Of a stretch of DNA of 64,000 nucleotides, positions 41,016-51,602 are shown in pieces. Below the pieces are notes generated by a model. That model worked only from the letters and a program-made list of their open reading frames with translations. It was not told the DNA's origin and did not search any database. Both the position numbers and the translations under genes were made by a program. This DNA comes from Cirrosporium novae-zelandiae (Eukaryota), in contig JAPETS010000011.1 of NCBI GenBank assembly GCA_026023565.1, forward strand, positions 496,001 to 560,000. Direction: 5' to 3'. The number at the start of each line of letters is the position of its first letter. Within the stretch, counting starts at the first letter, position 1.

Positions 41016-42914
41016 ATGATGCCTTCAGAAAATAGTTCCTCACAATTCCGTTTGCTTTGGTTTCGAAAGCGGGGTTCAAAGGAGTAAGTCAGTGTGGCCA
41101 ATGTACCTTGACAGCAAGCTGAGATTCGCCATTTTGTGGCTCTATAGTAGCGAAGCGTTAAGTATAGCGAAAGCAGCGTTGAAAGAGGAAGAGGACGTTA
41201 AGCGCAGAGTTCAAGATGTACTCAGGAACGAGCAGATAAACGTGAACGATGAAGTATCCTGCACGAAGGAAGGTGTAAAAAATCAGATTTTACGAATGCA
41301 ACACAGGGAACACAGGATCAATTCTCTGAAGGAGATAACCGCCATCGAGTTAGAAGAGGCTGGTGCCGAGAAGGATAAATGGGATAATCAACGCCAGCAT
41401 GGCCACAGGAAGGGCGCTGCTTCGCTACAAAGATTCCTGAATAACCTATCTGGATTTTTGGAAGCTTATTCCGGAGTTGTTGAAGTGGTCCGTTGTGCAG
41501 GTGCACAGTACGGAGATGCAGGATATGGAGCGCTGTCTTTGCTTCTCATTGTAAGCCAAATGCGTTTGGTCGTGACTGATCTGCAACTCACTTTAATACT
41601 TGATAGGTGGGAGTGTACAAAACCAAGAACGATGAAAAGATTGCAGATGCTCTGGCAGAGCTAAAGGAATCATTCCCTCGTTTAAATCTTATGACGGAAG
41701 TTTACCCTGAAGAGAGGGTCGAGCTGCTTGTAGCGGAGACTTACAAGGAAGTAATTTCTTTCGCAAGAGAGGCGGCTGACTACTTTGGCCTGTCATCAGG
41801 TAGACTTACACCTCCCCCCCCTTTTTTTCTTTTAACATGTGACTAATAATCACCTGTGAAAGGACGAAGGCTTTTAACTGCCATAGCTAAGCCCCCTCGA
41901 CTTGGAGTTGATATTGCCACCGAAAGGATCCACAAGCGACTTGCACAGGTGAATGCGGAAACAAGCAGTCTGCTGCATCGAAATGTCAAAAACATCGAGC
42001 AAGAAATGAAGAATATACAGGAGCAGAACAAAAAACTCCAACAAACACTTCGGAATATGCAGGAAGAGGCTGTAAGAAAGCAAGCACAGGATGATCAGAG
42101 GAGACTAGACGAGTTTCGAGGGATCCTTGGTGTTTTTCAAGAAGGAGAAGAATGCCAGCACACAAATATACAAGCCTGCAAAATGCTTCTCGGCGAAGCT
42201 TTCTCACCACCACCACCATCCTCGTCATTCTTCCAAAGTAACCGACTGAGCGGATATACGCAAATGACAGCGGAGGTTTTGTCCACCGAGCAAGCGTACC
42301 AAAGCTGGAAGCAATGTCCAGGTTCCAGTTTCCTGCTCCTAAGTGGTAAGTCTCCATCAGAAGCTCAAGTCGGCAACACCACGTACTGCTGGCTTTCATA
42401 TGCCGCAATCCTAGCCGTCGAGCAATTGCGCAACGAGGGCAAACGCGTTGCATATTATTGCTGTCACCCCCAAGCTCGAGCTACAGAAGTGCCCATCCAG
42501 ACAGCCATATCTCATCTTCTCGCACAGCTTCTCTCGTGGCAGCCCGAAATACTGCAAGATAAACTTCACCACTTCCAAACCCTAGTTCAAAAAGACAGAT
42601 GGCACCACGAGAACGAGAAGAAGGCTCTAGAAGCCATATTTGAAACACTAAAGGAGCTTCTCAAGCATCTGAAACTAGAAGAATATCCAACCTACATTAT
42701 TATCGATCGAGCAGACCAGTGCAAGTGTCGGCACAGATATCTGATAGAATGGTTCTCTCGCCTGGCATGCGAGTCGGCATCTGGGGTGAAGATTATGGTT
42801 GTAATGGACTCGAAGTTTTGGAACACCGACACTTTCTCATGTGAAGATGTTAGGGAGGACTCAAAGGGTTTTATGTTGTGCAAACTGGATTGGGATCAGC
42901 GACGACACTTTTAG
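41016..42914 (+). CDS. STAND/NACHT-like protein with N-terminal helical domain, coiled coil and degenerate P-loop
   Basis: FLEAYSGVVEVV...YGDAGYGALSLL, coiled coil, YQSW...FLLLSGK (no GKS/T), AYYCC, LLAQLL and YIIIDRADQC (Walker B-like). GT-AG introns near 41084, 41551 and 41800. Confidence 0.7.
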
Positions 42915-43582
42915 CAAAGCAGTCTAACTCAGGTAATTATAGTGGCATTCAAGGGAATTCAGGGACATTCAGGAGGTATTTTTAACGTAGACACGAACTA
43001 ATTTATAAGGCCTTAGGCAGCGAAAGGGCGCTAGAAAGGACCTGGTTAGGTCTTAAATCTTAAAGTGTCTAATAAACGGAAACAAAGCGAGTCCCCGGAC
43101 ACAAGACGGAAGATCCACAATCCCGGAAAAGGAATTAATGATACATCTCCCGGCTCAAACGACTTCCGTAAACACGGAATTTAAGCTATTTCATATCTTT
43201 TCTTGATCATATTTTGGTATTGAAATTGCCTTATATTGTTAAAAGAGAGTTTAAAGTTAACTCGCTTGATAACCAGGGCTGGGTTATCAATACGCTTTCG
43301 CAGGCTGCACAATGAACAAAGGTACTAGGTTTAGCAGAATCCATTTCACTATACAGACTGAACAATTGTGAAGATAATTCCGAACGATACGGAAAAGAAA
43401 TTTTTGTATAAAAATCTAGCATTGCGCACCCTTGTTTTGACATCATCTCGCTCCTCTCTCGTTTCTAGAATACCATATCAATTTTTGATATTACAGCTCC
43501 TTTTATACTGTACGGTGTCGGCATATTTTTGCCTCTCCTCATTCATCCCATCAACTTTCCCACAGCCCACAACGTCAACATC

Positions 43583-44203
43583 ATGGCCCGAACCTTCCCC
43601 GCCTCCCGCTATGCTGCCTACCTCCGCGGCTACAACACGCAAGACCTCCCCTCCTACTCCCGATTCTACGCCTTCAATATCAAAATAGACTGGTACGGTG
43701 TCCTAGTCGGCGCCATCCCCAGCCGCGAGGATCTGATGCGCTTCTTCGAGAATTTTCATTCCAAAGTCCACGAAACAATCGAACCAACATGGTATTGCTC
43801 AGGTGACGGGATGCTGGCGGTAGAAGCCGTGGTGCAGGTCGAGATTGTGGATGATATGGAGGAACCGTTGATGTTTACGGGGAAGAGATACCAAAAGGGG
43901 GATAGGACAAGCTATAAGCTTTCGTAAGTACTGTCTTCTGGAGCCACAGGCGGAGCTGTGGGTTCGATCAATTTGGGAGTTTTTTTACCTAACTACAGGC
44001 AACCATCTGCTGTGGTGGTGGTTGCGGGGTTTAGTATGCATTATGAATTCAACGAAGATCTCGAGTTCGCAACCCTCCGATTCACGTTCGAATGGCCGCC
44101 TCTCGGAGGCCAGGAACCGCCTTCCGGGGTCAATAGAGGTACCGGTATCTTGATCAAGCCGATTGCGCATTTTGGTTCTGAGGATGTGACACCCACCCCC
44201 TGA
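43583..44203 (+). CDS. SnoaL/NTF2-like fold protein, 2 exons
   Basis: YLRGYNTQD...FYA, SREDLMRFF..FHSKVHETI, LAVEA and MHYEFNED follow a SnoaL-like pattern. Intron starts GTAAGT at 43924. Confidence 0.6.
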
Positions 44204-45079
44204 GGATTAAATATTAGAGGAGAAATTTAAACCTTGCCGAGTAGAGGCTGAGGGAGTGAGTGAGTGAGTGGCTATGAGCGTCATCCAGGATGACAAGGGA
44301 TGGATGAGACTAGGTTACGAGGGGGTACGATTTAAATGCGATGCGACGGACATGGATACCGGAGAATGACAGACGGACGTGTTGTAAACATGATATGATA
44401 TTTACGTCTAACAAGGGTAGTCTAAGTATCGATTTATAAATCTCTCCGACTTGCTAGCCAGCTGGCTAATATATGCATATATATAAAATGACTCTTATGA
44501 TTCAAACTTCAAAGGCACCTACCACTACCATTTTTATTCTCATTCAACTCCGTCTAATATAGATAGTAGGGTTAGGGGACGGTTATCTAGGCGAGAAACA
44601 GAAAAAAAAAAGAAGAAAAAAAGAGAGATCAAATATCCCATCTATCTTCTTTAATAAAACCCTCTTGTTCCTTTTATATCTATCTATATCTATATATAGT
44701 AAGGAAAGGTAAAAGGTAAAAAGATTACCTAGTACCGTATACATATTTTTTTTTAGAATTCGAGGTTTTCAGATATTTAGATATATATCAATTGGTATGC
44801 AACTCAGTGAGTAAAGGTGGGGGGGGGGGTCAAGTTGTGGAATTATGTGGTAAGGCAGTGGTAAGGAGGTAGATAAAGTTTTTTATTTTCTAGGCTCTAG
44901 TCTAAAGGGTATTTATTTTTTATGCGCTGTAGTCTATTCATTTAGCACGTATGACCGTTTACTGTACCCTTACAGTCTGTCTATTCGTAGCATAACATAA
45001 TTATGTATAAATCTACATATAAATATGTAAAGTTGCTTCCCCTCACCCCTCTCCAACCCACAAACCCACAAACCCACAA

Positions 45080-45084
45080 TATAA
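45080..45084 (+). promoter_or_regulatory. TATA-like element at -29 of the 5S rRNA gene
   Basis: TATAA lies 29 nt upstream of the 5S start, the position known for dispersed Neurospora-type 5S genes. Confidence 0.6.
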
Positions 45085-45108
45085 CCCACCCTTCCATTTC
45101 ATTTTCCC

Positions 45109-45170
45109 ACATACGACCACAGGCTCAAGAGAACTGGGCATCCCGTCCGCTCTGCCATACATAAACTTGA
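45109..45170 (+). rRNA. 5S rRNA gene, 5' half only (~62 nt), interrupted
   Basis: ACATACGACCACAGGCTCAAGAGAACTGGGCATCCCGTCCGCTCTGCCATACATAAACTTGA matches the ascomycete 5S 5' half (ACATACGACCA..., CCCGTCCGCTC), with TCAAG/CTTGA helix pairing. The expected 3' half (..TTAGTA..GCGAATCC..GTATGT) does not follow. Confidence 0.9.
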
Positions 45171-46317
45171 TTATGATTAAGAGATTCCCTTCTCAATACC
45201 TTCTCACCCTGCCTTATCAGGTTCCTCACCCTCGCCGCCTGAGCGGTCATTTCAATCGCGCGATAACGGTGAACCGAAAGGAACAAAGTGGGGTAGAATA
45301 TCTGTACGGCCGTAAACGAAAGCCGTAACTGGAGTATGTATTACGTCTGACATTTTACCCTGTATACATGGTCAGTATTTTTCAATAATACATAGACAGT
45401 ATCCCTGAACTTCGTAATTTTTAGCGAGAAGCTCGGCGCGCTTATCTTATCTCCTAAACTAGCTTCCAATGTCACAAACTGGAGGGTCAATTGGCCCAAT
45501 GATAAGATCTTGAGGCTCAGTATGATTTAGCAAAGAAGCTGATACCTGACGTTTTCTGAAAATGGTTATCTGACCTATTATAATCCTTACATGACACCCC
45601 TACAAGCGTGTGACATTGGAAGCCAGTTTAGGAGATTGTCTGGGGAGGGTTTAAAACTAATGGAAGTTCTCCCTATTTGTTGTGGTAGCTTGCGGCCCAA
45701 TTCACTTCGCCAACAAAGCGCTAAGCCGCTGCTCCACTGATTGAGTTTATACCAAAAGTTTATGTAGTAACTGTCACCAAGCTTCATACAATGTTGCAGG
45801 AACCTAATGAAAATGAGCTTCCTTCAATAAAATTTGATTTGATCGCGGAAATCCAATGTTTAACCCGCTGCAAGATGAAGAAGCTACTGTACTCCTCAGA
45901 CCTTGCAGGACTGGTTGACACAAGCTGGGCGGAAAACCCCTGCACCAATATGCAAAGGAGAAAATTGAAAAGGATTTTTCTACACAGGGATTGGTAAGAC
46001 ATAATTTCAAACAGGGCGGAAGATACTGAGACGTTGAGGCTCTGGCGATATAAATCCTGGCAAACACTTAATCTAGGCAACAAGGCAACCAAATTAATTA
46101 CGTCCGCCTCGCCAACAAGTGTTGATACTTAAAGACATTATGCATTAGCCTTTAAATATTTTATGAGATTCGTAGCCATCCCATTCGCATCTATGGTTGA
46201 AATCAGAAAGGATTAGGTATACGGCTTCCTCTAACATCGATACTCTTCCGCCGTAACCCACTAACGGCTTAAGAACCAGCAGTGATTCCGAGTATCAAGT
46301 GGATTTCCTATCTCAAA

Positions 46318-48058
46318 ATGAGTTCACACCAAGCAACTGCTGGCTCAGAACGAAGTGCAGAAGTAGAGGGTGCTTTTGCTTCTGAACAGCTCAAACCAGA
46401 CACCAGACTATCTCATCGTTCCACGGTCGAATCTCAAAACATTGATCGAGATCAATCGTCGGACTCCGACCCAGGTATTCCAGACCTAGTGCTTCAACTT
46501 GAAACTAGATCTGTCACTCAAGAACAGCTTATAAATTATATTCGAAGTAAGTTTATCTATTTAATCATGACTTCTACCTTTCTAATCAGAGGAAGGTATA
46601 TATAAAAAATTGGTACCGGTCGAAAAACAGTGCATTGATAGCGACGAAGCACAAACCAAAGCTTTTCAAGCAAACGAACCTGGACCTAACAAGGAGCAAT
46701 GGCATACACAAATAATTCTTCACCGCACGCTCCTTTATCAATATTACGACTTCTATTTTAGTTCTCAGAATCCTTCTGTCGATCCTATTTTGCGCAAATT
46801 AGCTGCGAACCACGCTATGCTAATTAGAATGTGGCGTCATGGAATATATTCCTTTTTAGAAGTTTTACGCCATAGATTACCCGAGTCTTACGATCATATG
46901 GTGTTTTTTATTTTCTCGGCCTATTCGATTATAACTGTTCTATATGAAGCCGTACCTACGTATGAAAACATATGGATGGAATGGCTCGGGGATTTGGGAC
47001 GTTATCGTATGGCTATTGAAGATAGTGATGTCCGAGAACACAAAAAATGGACGAAAATTTCACGTTTTTGGTATTCGAAGATTATTGGTAAAAATCCAAA
47101 TATTGGTCGGTTATATCATCATCTTGCTATTCTTGCGCGACCTATGGCTTTACAACAATTTTACCTTTATACTCGATCTCTAACTTGCGTCCAACCATTC
47201 CAAGCCACTCGAGAAAACATCCTCACTCTACTGAACCCAATACTGGAGTCCGACGGATCTTCTTGCAGACTGCAGGCCCTCGAAAGAACCTTTATTCGAA
47301 CTCATGCTATTATATTTACAGAAAGATCTAACGATGTTTATACGGACTCTACCTTCAAGCTTATGCAATTGTTTGATGATTATATCATCGACGTTACCGG
47401 TGAATTCAAAGAGCAAATGACTTGGATTGCTATTGCAAACCATGCTGCATTTTTTGAGTATGGGGTTTCGAATGCTATATTCACACAAGCTTATAATCAG
47501 CGTCTCAGTGACCAGCCAACTCAAAAATCCTTTGAAACCATTGGACGCGCTTCCATCCTGAGCTTTGGTATTCTTTCTCGCATTTTACTGTATTTGGATG
47601 ATAGCAATGTCCATGATTATTTGCATATCACCCTAGTATTCCTTGACAGTCTTACTTTGGTTGAAAAGGCTATGAAATTGATTGAATCATATATTCCCTG
47701 GGATGCTTTGGCATCTTACCTAAATACGTTACTAATTTCAGAAGAAGCGGTTTTCACTCGTGTTCAGAAACTCGATTCCCTCTTTCCGCAAAGCGAAGGG
47801 CCATTACCTGAGGACTATATTATTCGAGGTCAAATATGGGCACAATGGTATTTCCCGGACAACTGGTTCGACAAAAATGGAAAACGCCAAACCGAAGAAA
47901 CAGAATCTCGTCTGGAACGAATTATGTATTTGGCTTTCCGTATTGCCTCTTTCAAGAAGTGGTTGATATACGATAATACTTCGCAAAGATTCTCGGTATC
48001 TCACGGGACTGACCAACTGGCAGACGAACTAGGCAATCTAAAGATCACCACGAGCTAA
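46318..48058 (+). CDS. Est1/SMG5-7-type DNA/RNA-binding (TPR-like) domain protein, 2 exons
   Basis: LHRTLLYQYYDF, RMWRHGIYSFLEVLRHRLP, WMEWLGDLGRYRMAIE, GRLYHHLAILARP and PLPEDYIIRGQIW. Intron ~46547-46589. Confidence 0.8.
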
Positions 48059-48077
48059 GCTTATTTGTTATGTCAGC

Positions 48078-48188
48078 GTGTCTGGGAGTCAGTGAGCCTG
48101 TGTGTCTGGGAGTCAGTAAGCCTATGTGTCTGGGAGTCAGTAAACCTGTGTGTCTGGGAGTCAGTGAGCCTGTGTGTCTGAGAGTCAG
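48078..48188. repeat. 24-bp minisatellite, ~4.6 copies (GTGTCTGGGAGTCAGTGAGCCTGT)
   Basis: Units start at 48078, 48102, 48126, 48150 and 48174. Confidence 0.92.
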
Positions 48189-48410
48189 GACCAATGAACC
48201 AGTAGATCGCATTGGAGCAATGGCAGTGGAGCGATTCAAATAATCTAGGCGATCTATATAGTAGATAGGATCCTTATCCCATATTTCGCAAGCAACAGAT
48301 CGAATTTTGATTCAATAAACGTCTTCTTGTCACCCTATTTAATCCGCAACCCTTTCATAATAGTGCTATTGGAGCAGATAAATCTCGAATATTAATTGAT
48401 CAGCTATCAA

Positions 48411-51329
48411 TTATCTAAATATTGGCCATCGAGCTCTACCTGTTGGAACCCCGCCTTGGCGACCGCCTTGTTCATCATTTACTTGAACCCTGCCTTGGCG
48501 ACCGCTTTGTTCATTATTTATTTGAGCCCTATCTCGATAGCCATTTTGCTCAACTTGACCATTTCTTTGAGGTCCACTTTCAGTATTTAACGATAATCCA
48601 TTTATCCGGCCTGTCAGCTCGTCTATCCTTTCGTTCAACTTTGTATACATCAACTCTAGCTTCGCTCCCATATGACTTACGGTGCGAACTATATGATTGT
48701 TTTCTGCATCTAGCGCTCCGCGAGTCCGTGATCGAACTGTAGTGATTGGAGGCGGTTCCAATATTCCTTGATCTCTTCGGTAAAGCTTTTCCTGCGTTGT
48801 TGCACGAGCATAAATCATAGCATCTACATGAGTCTTTGGCATCCGCATTAGTCGATAAAGACCAGTGCGGGTTTCTATTGACCACATATGATTATCTTTC
48901 CATTGCACGATAATATAAGTGGAAGGGAAACTTGTGGTTCTACGAGGATCCAGCCTAGCAAGAGGCTCGGATTCTTCGTAGGGTTGCACTTTCCAACCTA
49001 TACCAACGAAACACTCGATCTGACTTTCGTCATAAAGGAATCCATTTTCGTCGCCTGGCTGATTAATATCAAATCCGATTCCGTTGTGTATTCTGACTTG
49101 AGCTCGTCTGTCCATCGATGGAATATGGTTATCAGCTCTTTCTTCGTACACATGATGAGAGCCTGGCTCCACGCGATAGGTAGGATATTCCTCTCCATAT
49201 TCTACCAAGACTTGTCTACCCACATTTCCTACTTTTCTCCAACCTAAAACCTGGCCACTCCCATGAGTAAAGAGATCTGTTGATAGAACTCCACGAAGTG
49301 CTTCGGGGGTATGATCATTTTGAGGGATATGGTAAGGGTCATCCCAACCATAATCATCGAGGTTGTACTCCATAGCTTCTTCAGTATGAGGCCCACCAAG
49401 TTGATTTCCCTGGGCTTGATTTCCCCAGGCTCCCTGAGCTTGATTTCTCTGAGCCCGGGTTCCCCAGGTTTCCTGAGCTTCCTGAGCTTCCTGAGCTTCC
49501 TGAGCTTCCTGAGCTTCCTGAGCTTCCTGAGCTTCCTGAGCTTCCTGAGCTTCCTGAGCTTCCTGAGCTTCATGACCTTCATGAGCTCCCTGAGCTTCCT
49601 GAGCTTCTTGGTCCTCTTGGTCCTCTTGGTCCTCTTGGTCCTCTTGGTCCTCTTGGTCCTCTTGGTCCTCTTGGTCCTCTTGGTCCTTTTGGTCCTCCTG
49701 CACTCCTAGACCTTGGGTCTGTTTAGATAAATGTTGATTCTCTTTATTCTTTTCATAGCTAATCATTTGCCTAGCGGCTTTGACCATATCGTCCATATTA
49801 ACTGTTAGCACATCGTTGCATCCCAAGACTTGAACCATTTTCTGTATATCATTTTCAAAATCTTTCCATTCGTCTGCATCTATTGGATCCGCTTTTCCCG
49901 AATCAAAAGCCGCTTGCTGCCTAATAAACCCCAAATATTTTTCACGCCATTGATAGAATTCCTGAAAATCGAGTGTGTTTTTTGATTCGTCGTAATGAAA
50001 GTCATTATTTAAGTCTCGGATTCTTTGATTATGTAGGTTAAGAGTATCAAGCAAACATTGTGCTGTTCGAGGAAAATCTAAATCATGTGGTATATCCCAA
50101 AGTAGCGAAAAAACAAGCTCGAGATCTACTACCCGTATTTCTTTTAAACAATGATAATATTCAGGATTATTATCATTTACCGGAAGCTTTCCTTTTCCCT
50201 TTCCAATATTTAAAAGATCGGAAAATAAACCACGAGAAGTTTTTCTATTTTCAGAAATATCTTGGTCTGTTTGATCATCTTCAGTGAAATGAACACGAGG
50301 GATCGTATTTGGAGAAATATATTGAGATTGTGAAGGCCCTGCAGAAGGGCTAGGAGATTGCGGTGTTTGAAAATCAGTTGTAGATTGACGAAAAGAGCTA
50401 CTGTGTTGGGGAGTGGCAGATGAAAGGGGTTTTTGAGAGAGAGGAATGCCGGATTGATGAGATTGGGGAGCAGTGGGTTTGTAAATTTTGTATCGAGACT
50501 CCTGAGGGCGAGTGGATTGACGGAGAGGAGGAAGCCGAGATTTGGAAGGAGTGGTCGGTTCGCGGAGAGGAAGAAGCTGGGATTCGATAGGAGTAGATTG
50601 ACGAGATTTCTGTGAAATAAACCGAGAAGTAGCTGGTTGACGAACAGGAGGGTGCTGAGATTCGGAAGGAGCGGTCGATTGGCGGAGATTCGGAAGCCGA
50701 GATTCGGAAGGAGTAGATTGACGTGATTGCTGCGAAATAAATCGAGAGGCAGCTGGCTGACGGAGAGGAGGGTGCCGAGGTTCAGAAGGAGTCGTCGATT
50801 GGCGGAGACTCGGAAGCCGAGATTCGGAAGGAGTAGATTGACGTGATTGCTGCGAAATAAATCGAGAGGCAGCTGGCTGACGGAGAGGAGGGTGCCGAGG
50901 TTCAGAAGGAGTCGTCGATTGGCGGAGACTCGGAAGCCGAGATTCGGAAGGAGTAGATTGACGTGATTGCTGCGAAATAAATCGAGAGGCAGCTGGCTGA
51001 CGGAGAGGAGGGGGCTGAGATTCAGAAGGAGTAGATTGACGTGATTGCTGTGAAATAAATCGAGAGGTAGCTGGTTGACGAACAGGAGGGTGCTGAGATT
51101 CGGAAGGAGTGGTCGATTGGCGGAGACTCGGAAGCCGAGATTCGGAAGGAGTGGCTGATTGGCGGAGATTCGGAAGCCGAGGTTCAGCAGAAGTGGATTG
51201 ACGTAATTGCTGCGAAATAAATCGAGGGGCAGCTGGCTGAGATTCTTGACGTTGCAGAAGTCGATCACCGGCTCTCGTTCGAGGGTGATAACGATGAGGT
51301 GGAGGTTCTTTTTTCGTTCTTGGTGGCAT
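48411..51329 (-). CDS. 972-aa hypothetical protein with N-terminal S/Q/P/R repeats, central (EDQ)n(EAQ)n tract and globular C-terminal region
   Basis: One uninterrupted 2.9 kb ORF with good ATG context (AAAATG). No family recognised. Confidence 0.75.
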   Translation of the reverse strand: MPPRTKKEPPPHRYHPRTRAGDRLLQRQESQPAAPRFISQQLRQSTSAEPRLPNLRQSATPSESRLPSLRQSTTPSESQHPPVRQPATSRFISQQSRQSTPSESQPPPLRQPAASRFISQQSRQSTPSESRLPSLRQSTTPSEPRHPPLRQPAASRFISQQSRQSTPSESRLPSLRQSTTPSEPRHPPLRQPAASRFISQQSRQSTPSESRLPNLRQSTAPSESQHPPVRQPATSRFISQKSRQSTPIESQLLPLREPTTPSKSRLPPLRQSTRPQESRYKIYKPTAPQSHQSGIPLSQKPLSSATPQHSSSFRQSTTDFQTPQSPSPSAGPSQSQYISPNTIPRVHFTEDDQTDQDISENRKTSRGLFSDLLNIGKGKGKLPVNDNNPEYYHCLKEIRVVDLELVFSLLWDIPHDLDFPRTAQCLLDTLNLHNQRIRDLNNDFHYDESKNTLDFQEFYQWREKYLGFIRQQAAFDSGKADPIDADEWKDFENDIQKMVQVLGCNDVLTVNMDDMVKAARQMISYEKNKENQHLSKQTQGLGVQEDQKDQEDQEDQEDQEDQEDQEDQEDQEDQEAQEAQGAHEGHEAQEAQEAQEAQEAQEAQEAQEAQEAQEAQEAQETWGTRAQRNQAQGAWGNQAQGNQLGGPHTEEAMEYNLDDYGWDDPYHIPQNDHTPEALRGVLSTDLFTHGSGQVLGWRKVGNVGRQVLVEYGEEYPTYRVEPGSHHVYEERADNHIPSMDRRAQVRIHNGIGFDINQPGDENGFLYDESQIECFVGIGWKVQPYEESEPLARLDPRRTTSFPSTYIIVQWKDNHMWSIETRTGLYRLMRMPKTHVDAMIYARATTQEKLYRRDQGILEPPPITTVRSRTRGALDAENNHIVRTVSHMGAKLELMYTKLNERIDELTGRINGLSLNTESGPQRNGQVEQNGYRDRAQINNEQSGRQGRVQVNDEQGGRQGGVPTGRARWPIFR
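49470..49700 (-). repeat. Two adjacent 9-bp coding minisatellites encoding (EDQ)n and (EAQ)n
   Basis: GTCCTCTTG and TCCTGAGCT tandem arrays on the + strand. Confidence 0.93.
50560..51240 (-). repeat. 120-bp (40-aa) coding tandem repeat with ~13-14-aa sub-units
   Basis: The 60-mers at 50701, 50821 and 50941 are identical, as are those at 50761 and 50881. Confidence 0.93.
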
Positions 51330-51456
51330 TTTGTATAATTAGAAGATTATTATAAACGATATTATAAAATTAAGGTCAAGCTTGCTTATGGTGTTTTTAT
51401 ATTTCTAGATTATTATTATATTTCAGGAAAATAGGTCGTTTCTAGATCAGCGCCAG

Positions 51457-51514
51457 ACTGGGAGCACTGGGAGCACTGGGAGCATTGGGAGCACTGGGAG
51501 CACTGGGAGCACTG
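51457..51514. repeat. 9-bp tandem repeat (ACTGGGAGC) x ~6
   Basis: Directly visible, between two divergent genes. Confidence 0.9.
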
Positions 51515-51602
51515 GAAGACTGGATATCCTTACAGCTAATATTTTGAATATCTGAAGCTTTCATCGCTTTCTTATTTTTTTTTTCAAACTCGACTGGCAA
51601 TA

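Noticed and set aside
45500..46100. Short ORFs just inside the 5S junction as a possible captain (DUF3435) remnant
   Set aside because: No tyrosine-recombinase motifs are recognisable, and the ORFs are short and overlap on both strands.
48078..48188. CRISPR-like array
   Set aside because: Units are contiguous with no unique spacers, the context is eukaryotic, and there are no cas genes.
49244..49709. (KLR)n and (FLS)n/(LLV)n ORFs resembling antimicrobial or TM peptides
   Set aside because: Alternative-frame and antisense readings of the 9-bp minisatellites.
50210..51268. 352-aa Leu-rich alternative-frame ORF that looks like an LRR
   Set aside because: Shadow frame of the 120-bp repeats in the 972-aa gene.
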